From Paecilomyces variotii (taxonomy: Eukaryota), in the NCBI GenBank assembly GCA_004022145.1, contig RCNU01000009.1: a stretch of 64,000 nucleotides of DNA. The stretch is one strand, 5' to 3'. Below are positions 36,801 to 48,474 of the stretch, piece by piece. Position 1 is the first letter of the stretch. Each line of letters opens with the position of its first letter. A program made the translations under genes and the position numbers. The notes under the pieces were generated by a model. It searched no databases and had not been told where the DNA came from. It saw nothing but the letters and a program-made list of their open reading frames with translations.

Positions 36801-39800
36801 TAGACCATAGATGCCTCACGAGGTTTGCCAGCATCCAGCATCACACATCCAACAGCCAGCATGCCGTAATTAATTATGGCACTCTAGTAAACTTCGCCAG
36901 ACGCCGATAGCGCTGGGCTTCGCCTGGAGCATGGCCGTTGTTACGCGGCGATCCAGGGGAAATTCTCCCGATAGAGAGATCCATCTCTTTCTGCTCTGGC
37001 TGGGCTGGCCAATGGTCAGCCACACTGGGCATGTCGCTGCTGGCGGCTGCTGGCCTCGCCACCAATCAGCCCCCAGCGTCGCTGGATCCGGTTGCGGCGC
37101 TGGGCCTCCAGCCAATCACCGTCGGTCTACCCTCACCGCGTCTCCCGTCACAAGCGTTGCTTCTCGCTGGTATTCTCGGTATTATTCTTGGTATTCTTGG
37201 TACGGCTCTTGCCCTCGCTGGATGCGTTCGTCGGGCGGCCACACTGCCACAGAGACCGGAATCACGCCTAAGAGAGCCCAGATGCCCAGAAAGGGCCGCC
37301 CGCCCCAGTACCGTACTGTAACCGCCTGACGCCCGCTTTTCTCCCCCCAAACTCCATCCATCCATCCATCCCCTCGATGGTCTTGCGGTCTTCTAGCGTC
37401 CAAGCCACCAACTACTGGATGGACGCTGCTGCCAAGGTCTAGTAGACTCTACGGAACATCCTTCAAATAATAACTTTTTGCCTTCGTCGCTGATGGAGAC
37501 CGAGAATCCTCCCTCTCCAACCGTGGTCTGAGTGGCCGATCGGCTCTGGCGTGACGCGTTGGTGCTGAGAAAAAAAAGACACGAACGAGCAAAGCTTGCG
37601 ATGAGGACGATCAAACTCAAGCCCAATGGATCACCAGCCATAGTCAGTTGCACCTCTCTTGGTCTTGGTCATGCATTTCCCGGGCAGCCACCACGGCTGA
37701 GACGAGAGGATACCTAATCAATGATTCCTACTCCCTACAGAGAACATGAATAATAGATCGCCCATCTGCAGGACTCGACTATCCCACTGTTCCGGGCGGC
37801 GATTCATCTCCGGATCTCTGGTGTCCGTTCCGTCGCCTTGTCTGGCTTGTCCAGAATGTCATCACACACTAATGATCCGGCTGACCAGCTCCAGTGCATA
37901 CCGGTCATGGATCGACTTGGGCTGGCGCGCCTGGTCTTGCTGAACAGGGCTCCTTGCTTACCACCGAAAATTCATCAACAATAATAATAATATCAATCCT
38001 GCAGTGCAATAATACCAGTAAGACGTTGAGACACTGGCCATGATGCATCACACCACTACCTACTACTAACGGGGACTGGTGGCACAGAAGGCCCCCGTAT
38101 CAACCGGGAACAGGTCCCTCACGGGCCTACTAAGTGCAGTATAGATCACTATCGAGTAATATTAAATCTCTGCACTGATAGGCATGAAAGTTATCTGCGG
38201 GCGAACAAAAAGCCATCCGGAACCGCAGCCGGATCACTTCATTTTTCCTTTCCAAGTCAGCATACTGTCATCCTTGCTCACCGAGCCTGAAATTGCACGC
38301 GGGACGCAGATTCTCGAAACCGTCGTCGGTACTCAGACAGGATCATCACGGAAACTACCACGTACGCATCTACTCCGTACACATTATTGTCAAACAAGGG
38401 TCCGAGGCGAACCATGCGTCACAGATGGGGGCACACGGACTTCAAGGATGACTTTGCGATAATAATCCCTGGATGACCGTGGGAATGTGAATTGCATGGT
38501 CTGGAGTATGATCAAGGACCACAGGCGCTATAATTAATTATTCTTTGACACCTAAGCCAGCAACGCCTAGCTTCTAAGATCGCTAGCTTCTTTTTCTGCT
38601 AACGGACTTGCATTAAGGATTGAAAGCGCCTAACTTGAATTCGAAACTACCTGCAGACGAGCTCCGTCCAAGCACGCGGCGTCATTAAGATCGGTTGGCC
38701 GGTACGATGGCTATGTAACTACCACCAGAGCCGGCACGCACTCTAGTTGAACAAGAGGCCCCCAGTAATAATAATCCCGCGAGCAGGTCGGGTGTCAAGT
38801 TAACGGCACAGATCAGGGATAATAATACACTGTGATATGCGTCTTCGTCGACAGTTGCAGTGCCACTTCACAGGAATCCAGCTGCGACGCTTTGATAAGC
38901 CCTCCAAAAATTCCATGGCGGATGGTCTCGCCCACTCTCGCGATATGGTATGGAGAATAATAATGCAGTTCCCTTTTTAGCGGCACCAGGTTAGGTTCTC
39001 TAGTGTGGTCGACTCCAGCTGGGCAAGCTTCTGGAACCCACGGCAAAGGAAGTCTCCAGGAGTTTTGGTCTTCGTTGAACTTCCAAGCGACGGGGAAATA
39101 ACGAATCCGGCAAAGGACGGACCCTTCACGGAGTCTCTTAAAAACTTCGCTGGGTCTGAAACGCCCCGCTTGGCGTTGCACCAATTCTCCAGCCCTCCTT
39201 CATCATCTCTGGCGTGTCTGCTAAAGTTGAATACATACATACTAAATAATAATATTAATGATATTTTTCTTACTACCTAGGCATCAACTGCCGATATCAG
39301 AAGCCATTTCGAGCGAGTGCCATGGTTGTCATCATCTTGTCGAGATCTTCATCTCCCCTGCTTTGCTTTACTTTGCCAGTCGCCGCGGACAGGACTCGGA
39401 GTCTATCTAGATATGGTAATGAGACAACGAATCATCTGGCAATGAACTACTAGTTACTCATTACGGAACTCCGCAATCAGAGTACGTAGTAGTACAGATC
39501 TCTCATCCATCGTTGATTGATTCCTGATACCTTTTATCCGTTGTCCTCCGTGGAGAAACCCACGCGTCAGCTGCGGTCATGAAACTATGCACACCATGAA
39601 TTAGTTAATTAGCCCGTACAATTCCCGCTAGCTGTCGCGGTCATATTATTGCCTCGAGCGAATAGATAATAATCATGATGACCCGTTACTTTGGTTCCAT
39701 CAAAGTCCTCTCTGTATCGAATCTAACGAACGGCTAAGTTAGTTGTTATGTAAGCCGCACAGTTCCCCAGCATCTGTGCACCAAATGCGTCGATTGTTCT

Positions 39801-40040
39801 CGTTCCTTATCAGCCGAAGATTATCCTAAACAACTTTTAGTTTTGTGGAGAACTAGCCCGTTAAGTTAACTGCAGTGGGATGAATCATGAACACAGCCTT
39901 TTTTCCTTTTCCTTTTCTTTTCTACATCGCCACGTCCCATCTTACCTATCCGTCTGGATCCTCCCGACGATCCGAGTGACGAGGCATGAGACATGTATGG
40001 TAGTTTAGGTAGTTTAGTTAGAGAGTATGGCGTCAATGTT

Positions 40041-40064
40041 GGTATGGTATGGTATGGTATGGTA
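40041..40064. repeat. (GGTAT)n pentanucleotide microsatellite
   Basis: About 5 tandem GGTAT units. Confidence 0.85.
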
Positions 40065-41559
40065 GATTCACGAGAAAACCCAGCACAAGTTCACCCGCTC
40101 CAGAAGTCCCTTGGGTCTATCTAGTTAGTTAGGTGGTGAGGTGATCTGACTAAATGGCGGACGCGTTGATGCCAGGCGACCAATACAGTCAGTGTTACAC
40201 TCGATCGTGACCGTTTCGAATACTGCAAGGTATAGCGGCCAAAATAATAATAATTATCGGAGACCATTGAATATCGGGTGTTAATATTATTATTAGCCTA
40301 CGATATCCGTGATATAACTACGACATAAGCCAATATCCGAGATATTTTATTCTTATTACAACCTAAGCCCAAATACTAGTTAGTAGCAATACCTAGTCTC
40401 GGCCAAAGACTTCAACTCGACTTCACTACTGGTCTCCACTGAAGAAAGAGGGAGGAATCAGTGGCTTGCCAAAGACCGGGCCCGTTATTATTACTTTCCC
40501 ATCACACTAAATATCAACGCATTGCGTCGCCTGTCTCAAAACCTCCCGCCAGATCTTTCGATATCATTCCGCCGATTCAACTAACTAACTAATGAACATC
40601 GACGAGCGTGAACGCCAGCTAACTACGGTAACTACGTGGCGTCGAATCGGCTGAGGGATGTCCCCGGGACTAGGTAGGTAGGTCATTTGGAAACGAATCT
40701 GAGTAGACTAGGTCGCGTTACCCGATAATCTCACAAGTAGGTATGGAGCGCTCTTACGAGCTCAACCCGAACAGCAAGAGACGGTCAAAAATGCCAACAT
40801 CAGCCGCGGCAGTAAAGTGGAACTAATTTATCAAGGGATGGATGGTCGCAAACAAAACACTGCCAGCCAGCTTCCTTTTTTACCGGTCTCAGCTTCTCCT
40901 TTCCTTGCAACTAGTCTGCCATGGCCCATGGGGCAATCGTAAAGCTCAACCTTCCAGTCCACTTAACCACCCTTGTTCCAGCCGTGTATGGGAATTCCCC
41001 CACTAGATGATAGATACGATACTCCGGTACAGTAGATGATTGATAAACGAGAGCAGGCGGTCAAACTGTAATAATAGTAGAGTACCTATGTATTAATATT
41101 ACTGTAACTATCTACTTGCTTCTCTTTCCGTCCGCGGTCGATTGTTTGACTTTGGGCCATTTTTGCAACCTTGTACGGAGTATTCGAACGCACGCGGTCA
41201 ACTCTGATCTCAAACCCCATGTATCGAACTTTTTTTTTTTTAGCTCAGAATACAACTTACCTACTGGAAGAGCAAGTCGATATGCACTGGTAAGGTAATT
41301 TCCATTTTTCAATATATCCATTTTTGGCTTAGCGCCAGATTCACCATAGTTAACACGATAATTGATATGAATATCATTTTTGCCCTTCACGTTGGGGAGA
41401 ATATCTCGTCCTTTTTTTTCCTCCTAATTACTTTTCCTCAGCGGCAAAGCCAAAGCGTTTGACCAGACTAGACCAGACAAAGTCTCAATCTCATACTTCA
41501 TACTCTACGTAAACCCCGCTAACTTAGTCGAGCCTCTATTGCGAGAAAGGAAAGCGAAT

Positions 41560-43900
41560 GCGTGGCCTAAGTTCTACGATGTTGTATCCAGAGCGTTACT
41601 TTAGGATTTGCATATATTTCTTCTTGTATTCGGTCACTATCTTTTATTTTTGAGGGTAGTACTCGTTATGCTGCAGAAATAAGACATTGCGAGGGAGAGA
41701 GACGGAGAGGGAACTAATATATCAAGTTCAGAGGACAAGACAGAATACTATAGACAGATCTTGTTACCGTTGAATATTCAGTCTTGTTTTATCCTTTACT
41801 TGCTTATCGTTTTTGTTTCTATTTACGTTAAGATGATTTTCGTTTATTTATGATGCTAGTTAACAGACGGGGGTTAGATTATGTATCCTTTCTTATTACT
41901 CGGATATATATCTATCTTCAAGACCGTTGAGATATAATAAATCCCTAATCTGAAAGCACGGTAGTAGCTAGTTAGCCCTCTTAGATCTAGAGAGAGAGAG
42001 AGAGAGAGGGAGGGAGAGAGATATACATACCCTGCTGCAGTGTTGCGGTTTTTTAACCCCGCGATATACTATATCCTCGAGCAATGTATACCGTATACAT
42101 ACATACATCGAATATAACATAGTCCTGTTTACACCGGATAGATAGTTCTGACTAAGGAACTAACTACTTCTCGCAGTTCACCGCTCACTCTATAGATAGA
42201 CCTGTTTAGCATAGCGTACGAATACGATTATCGTTCTAGGGAGCAAAGCACTTACTTACTGCCTGTGGCAATTGTTATAGTCTAGTCTCTTTTATTTTTA
42301 TTCGTCTCTCTGTGAGATACTGAGATTATTCAATGATTACTATTAAGACAATAACTCACTTTACTCCGTATATAGTATCGTGTATCTCAACTAAGTTATA
42401 TGGAATACTAAATAGCATAAAACTATAGTCTAGTTTTAACTACTCGAAATATAGTTCTAGAGGAGATCTTTAATCCCCATTTATCTCCTGTAGTTATACG
42501 CAGAAATTTAATCTCGCGGAAGCGTACTACCGGACTAAGAGCTTGATTGCTTAACGAACTCAAGGATACCGAAATCTATCAACTATCTATATAAGCCGAC
42601 GGACTCTATCTCGAATTACTACCGCCCAGAGCACTGCCTCTAGTACTATTCCTTCGCATTTCTTAATTCCAGCGTATCTAGTTTAATCCTAGTATAGCTT
42701 CTGTCGGTGCACAAAGCAAACGCCAGGTAATCTGTTAATTATCCGTTTGTAGCAGGCCCTAAATATAGGGATAGAACCTACTATATTAACTAGGATCTAG
42801 ATTCTTTCATATGCTATATATAAATATAGGATTAAATCCCCCTCTTAAATCTAGAAGCAAGCAAATAATTCAAGTTATTCAGGTTAAAACCTTTCTTTAG
42901 TGCTATACAATGTTTGACAGGCTTTATGTTATTTATTCTATAGTTACTACTCTTAATATATATAGGGTAGTAATAGCATTTTGCAGCTCGCATCTATCAA
43001 AGCCGTAAGCGCTAACGCAATAAAGAATCTAGATTTTAGTAGTCTAATAGGTTCTATTCTAGATTTAGAACCTGCTGCAAAGGATGTATTTTGTGCTAAG
43101 AGAATCTCACATTAATCCACTACTGCAACAGCTTAACATAAGCCCCTGCTAATTAATACACATAAGAAAGAAGTATTAGCGCTCACGGCTTCTATAAAGG
43201 CGAGCTAACTATAAACTGGGCAATGGCTACAACAGGAAGCCACATAGCTATATCAATTAATATAACATCAAAGTAAACACGCTGGGACGATGGAATGTGT
43301 AAAACTATATTCTAGCTTAGCTTCAGACGGCAGGAATGTCAGGATAAAGTAAGTCCGTAGGTATAAATAGCTAATGGGTTTTGGTATTTTCTATTTCTCT
43401 AGGTAAGTATGATTTTATTGCTGTGTTGAATGCTTATCTAGGGTCTTTATTTCTGTGGTTTTAGATTTCCACGGGAAGATATATATATAGTTAGAGATAG
43501 TCTACAAAGAATACCAGACAGAAAGAAATCGCTTTAGACAACCCATTCATCAGTATTCGAATACTTTCGCGTTTCGAGTCTCGAACCAACTCGTCCGTCT
43601 CTATTAAAAACATGTTCATATTTATCTCGAGCGCAAAGAGTTATATCACATTAACAATATCATCCATTTGCAGCAGGTTCTTAACATCTTAATCCCAGGA
43701 TAAGATAAAACCTACTACGTAAATCCCTCAGATGTGAATTCTTCATTTTAGTTATATGCTATAGAGATAAATATCGGATTTACCTCCCCTAGTTAACTAC
43801 TAGATCTGAGTTAAGCAAGCACGTAGCTAGTACCTTCAGGATCTGACACTGCTATCTATATATCTATGTAGATGCTGCGATCCCAGGAGTCCCAAGTCCA
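41560..43900. repeat. AT-rich, RIP-like degenerate repeat or gene relic (boundaries approximate)
   Basis: Visible drop in GC, abundant TpA/TAG/CTA, and no ORF of 60 aa or more in any frame between 41390 and 44657; includes (GA)n at about 41989-42021. RIP indices not computed. Confidence 0.6.
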
Positions 43901-44567
43901 AATTGGACTATAAGGTCCGTACTACTACTGCATCTGTCAAAGTTCTGACTGACGTCTTGATAGTTCTCGCCATGACCAGGACAAGGTCCGTATTACATTC
44001 TGGTTCGACCCATACTCAGGCATTATACTATACTTGTCATTTAGTCAGATTAGCTCTCATACACGAGAATAAATCTACATAAAGAGACAGAAGAACGTGG
44101 AATCGTCAGCTTACAGAACTCGAAACAAAGAAAAATTATAATCGGTACAGAATGCTCAGCGGTAGGTACACCCCAAAATAACAGAGACCATGCAGAAAGG
44201 GAAAAAAAAGGAGAAATGCAGGATGAAAGGCAAAGGATAGTGGTAGAACAGCATCCCGAGTCTATCTATTTCGTACAGTGTAGATCAATTCTTTGTTCGT
44301 TTTCTTTTCTTTCTTTCTTTTTGATTGATTCCGGCATCTGCAGAAGATGGGTAGTCTGAGTGCCAGGGTCTACTTTTTTCTCTTCTGTATATCCAAGCAA
44401 ACAGCCCATCTTCCCAAAGATTCATGCCAAGGATTCGGTTATGAAGACAAGGCCACTATGAGTAGCCGCAGCGGGAATGTAAAGATGGAGAGACATGGCG
44501 TGACGGAGATGTAGGTAATAGGAGGTTTCGGGAGAGAGGTTCAGGGGAGGACATGAAAATCAACAAA

Positions 44568-46533
44568 TCACTCTCTGGAGACATCACGGCCGAAGAGCTT
44601 GGCCTTGGTCCAGTCGAGAGCGACGAGCACACGGTTCCGAGCTGGAGAGAAACAAATTAGCTTCGTTCTTTTTCTTCAAGAGTACTAAAATTGAACTTAC
44701 TGCTAAAGCACATGCTCAGATAAGCACTGCGCCAGAAGAGGTAGGTCATGGTTCCGCCACTAGCGATGTTGCCGCTCAGCCAGCTGATATCCGCAACGGC
44801 ACGCTCCTTTCCAATGTACGCCAGGGATCCCTGGTGGGAGTACTGGAACGGACCGATCTGTTTGGTCCTCCGCAGCTGTCTCTGGCGCTCCTTGATCAAG
44901 TCGAAGATACGGTTGCGGTCCTCCTCGGTCTTGGCTTGGGCCTGCTCCGCGGAGAGGACCTTGAGCTCGTTCTCAACGGCCTCCGTCTTGGCCATGGTGT
45001 TGAACAGACGGGCCAGGAAAGCACCCTCCTGACTGGCCACCTGGGCGGTGGGGGCGTAGTTGGTCACGGCGCAGTCACCAACCGCCCAGATGTTCTCGGT
45101 TCCGTTGACGACCAGGTACTCGTTGACAGCCAGACCGCGACGGGAGTTCTTCTGGGCGGGGATCTGGTTCATCAGGTCGCGCACGACACTGCGGACGGCG
45201 TTACCGGTGGCCCAGACGAGCAGACCGTAAGGGATCTTCTCGAGCACCTTGCTGCCATCGGGGTTGGTGACCTCAGCCTCAATGAACTTGTCCGTGACGT
45301 TCTTGACCATGGTCTTGGTGCGGATGGTGATCGATTCTTCCTTGAAGGTCGACTCAGTGTAGTCGATCAGCTGCTTGGAGAACATGGGAAGAACCTGTAA
45401 CAACCCGTCAGCAGCCGATTGAAGGGATGTGCGAATCCAATTGGATAACCTACGTTCGGGAGAGCCTCGACCAGGGTGACGTGGAAGTTGTCCTTGATCT
45501 CGGGAACCCACTTCTTCAGGTCCTCCTCGAAGAAGTCCTGGATCTCACCGGCGAACTCGACACCGGTGGGACCACCGCCAACCACGACCATGTGCAGCAG
45601 ACGCTTGACCTCTTCATCGGTCTGGTCCTTGAAGATAGCCGTCTCGACGCAGTCCATAACGCGCTTGCGGATCTTCTGGGCGTCACCGACCTCCTTCAGG
45701 AAGCACGAGTGCTCCTTCACACCGGGGATGCCTGGAAGATGCGGTTAACCAACAACAGCTTCTCTCACTTGAACAGCGCAGTACGTACCGAAAGTAGCAT
45801 TCTCCGCACCGACTCCGACGACGAGCATGTCAAAGGGCACTTCGGTGTGGGACACATCGCCCTTGACTTCTGAGTCGTCGCTGATGTAGACGACGCGCTT
45901 CTCAGCGTCAATCTTGGTAGCCTCTGCTTCATAGTACTTGACTCGGCCGTTCTTCTGACGGAGGATGTTCCGGATAGGCTCCATGATCGAGCGGTGCTCG
46001 ATCAGACCCGTCGTACAAGAGGGCAGCAGGGGAGTGAACAGGAAGAAGTTACGGGGCGAGATGACGATGACATTGTAGTTTTCCGTGTCGAGTTTCTTCA
46101 ACAGCGAGACGGCACCCCATCCCGTTCCTGCGCGACCGTGGTGTTAGCTCTCTGTGCGCGCGCCTCCGCGAGAAGAAGCAGAAAGGGATACGAGTAGCAT
46201 ACCGAGAATAACCAGAGTCTTCTTGCTGGGATCGGGTTCGATCTGCTCAGCCGGGTGACGGAGCTCGTAGATGCTGTAAGCGACCGTGCCCGTCAGACCC
46301 AGACCCGTAAGCAGGGTCAACCGCCAGGCCCATCGCAGGAATCTGAAGCGTCTGCGAGGCTTGGGGGCTTCTGGGATGGCAGCATCCGCGTAAGTCCTGC
46401 GGAAGGACGACTGGAGAGGAGATCGCGAGAGCACGCTGGTCCTCAATGGCTGGGTGGTTCTGGTCAGCAGCTGCGACCGCATTGTGAGCGACCTGCGCGA
46501 CAATGACGCCAGCTGCATTGACGGAGACACCAT
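44568..46533 (-). CDS. NDE1: External alternative NADH:ubiquinone oxidoreductase (type II), 5 exons
   Basis: Presequence plus TM; KKTLVILG/TGWG; SPRNFFLFTPLLPS; VVVGGGPTGVEFAGE; AVGDC; APTAQVASQEG; YSHQGSLAYIG; FWRSAYL; ends FGRDVSRE*. Confidence 0.93.
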
Positions 46534-48474
46534 CTTGAGACGAGCACCGAACAAGACAGCTTCTCTGACCACTGGTCGCACGAAGGCGAAGGGAAGAGGG
46601 GAGAGTTTGGCAAACAACGGGGGTGTTGGTTGGATTGGGGGGGAATGAAACGATAATAATGAAGCTGTACAGAAAAGCGTTAAAAAAGAAGACGTCCAGC
46701 CCTCTGGGATCCAACTGCTTTGGGCAAGCCGGTGTGCTCCATTTTCGGGGTCGAACTTTTCTCGGTCGGAAGCGAAGCCGATGCGGAATTGATTATTTGA
46801 TTGTTTGATTATCTCGACTAACTACTTAGACTGAACTAACTAACTAATTCTTTTCATGCCGTCCGTTGCCCGGGAGCTCCCGTGAGGGGGAAGTCTTGAT
46901 TCATTAATTAACTAAATTATTTGTACCGCGTGAGGGGAACCTTCTTGTGTCGTGAGGAGTTAACTAACTCTTTATCATCTATCATCTATCTAATCCATCT
47001 ATAATAATATTCTCAGGTTCTCCCTTTCCTCCTCCTTCTTCCACTCCAACTAAATACCATATAATTATTCCTTCCTTACTACTTATTATTCCTCATACCG
47101 TATCTCCCCGAGGACAACTCACGACACAACTAACCAACTAACACCCCGAACACTTTTCGTCCCGATCTGTATCCTCCCGGTCCCTCCCGCCCGATGAAGC
47201 CGTGGCTATAGTACAGATGAGGAGAACCCAGGAGAAGGAGAGAAAGAAAAAAGGGGGGGCCCTCATCGCTGAGGAGAAAAGCTAGCTTGCCTTTTTCCAG
47301 CTGAACGGTGGAAATCTGGGGTATTATCCAGACAGGCCCACTTGATGTTCCCAATTCTTTTTTTTTTCTTTTCTTTCCTCGAGACAGCTTGGTTTTAAGG
47401 TTGGATCTCGGCTTTTTTTGTTTTGATGTGTTAGTAAGTATCAGAGATGGGAAGCCGTTGTCTTCCGGTTGATATATTATATAGATATCTATATTCAAGA
47501 CAAGATGATACTTAAGTACAGATCAACAAGAGAAAACAAAAAAAGCCCAATGATTCCACAAGGCCCTGTCAATGGGACGTAGTTCCAAACATCCATCCGT
47601 GGCGGTTTAATAAATTAATTAATAAAACAAACCCCCATTTCGTCAATGATTAACAAGCGACCTGATTCAAACTGCGTATATCATAATAATTACTCCAAGT
47701 ACTCCATACGGATACACATCTCTACCAATTCGCCACGTTTTGTATCTATCTAGTATCTACTCCTGGAATCTCCACCCCTTCGCCGCGGGACCTCCCGGAG
47801 ATCAGTCCTGTAGCTTTTGGAGATCTACCATAGCTACTACTAACTGGTTGCTCGATGTGTCGGAGTGTCCTGTTGTCTGGTCCTGGAATCGGTAAATCTC
47901 CAAGAACCCTCTCCACTGTTTTCGGCCCGGTTTGTCTTCGGCCACGCTGTCCATGGTTATAAATAACTAGCAGTTAACTACATGACGCATTATTCCTCGC
48001 CTCTGAGGATTTATTTCTATTTTGGGACGTAGTCGATCGGCTCCATTCGGATCATGTTGTTTATTATCACATAATCATAGTCTTGGATGGATGTGGTTCA
48101 CTTGGGTCTTACTTTTATTTCCTATGACCAATGTACATACTTAAATCGACGCTCTTAACTAAAAAAAGGTCGCCTCGCTTCTATATGGTTTTCTCATGTT
48201 GGAGTTAATACTCTCTAGGAAGGAGGTGCTAATTGCACAGTATGGGAATGTCTTGTCCCTGAGTCGATTGAATGATTACACCCTGGCCATTGCGCGCTCG
48301 TACATATTTGCTTAAGAAATAATACATCGAGGAGAAAAGGAAAGCAGTCTCATTCCGGACGCCTCCCGGACACAATTATGTGAACGACTTTCTACAAACG
48401 GTCAAGACTGTGATGGTATATCGTGGAATGCAGAAAGAAGCAAAGATAAAGTCAAAGTCAGGTCGTGGAGAGGA

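Noticed and set aside
34622-37403. Overlapping 100-200 aa ORFs on both strands (e.g. 34702-35304, 36931-37329)
   Set aside because: Low-complexity translations with no recognisable domain or splice structure; consistent with chance ORFs in GC-rich regulatory DNA.
37970-37980. ATTCATCAACA matching the MITE terminus
   Set aside because: Only 11 nt, with no partner end or TSD; compatible with chance.
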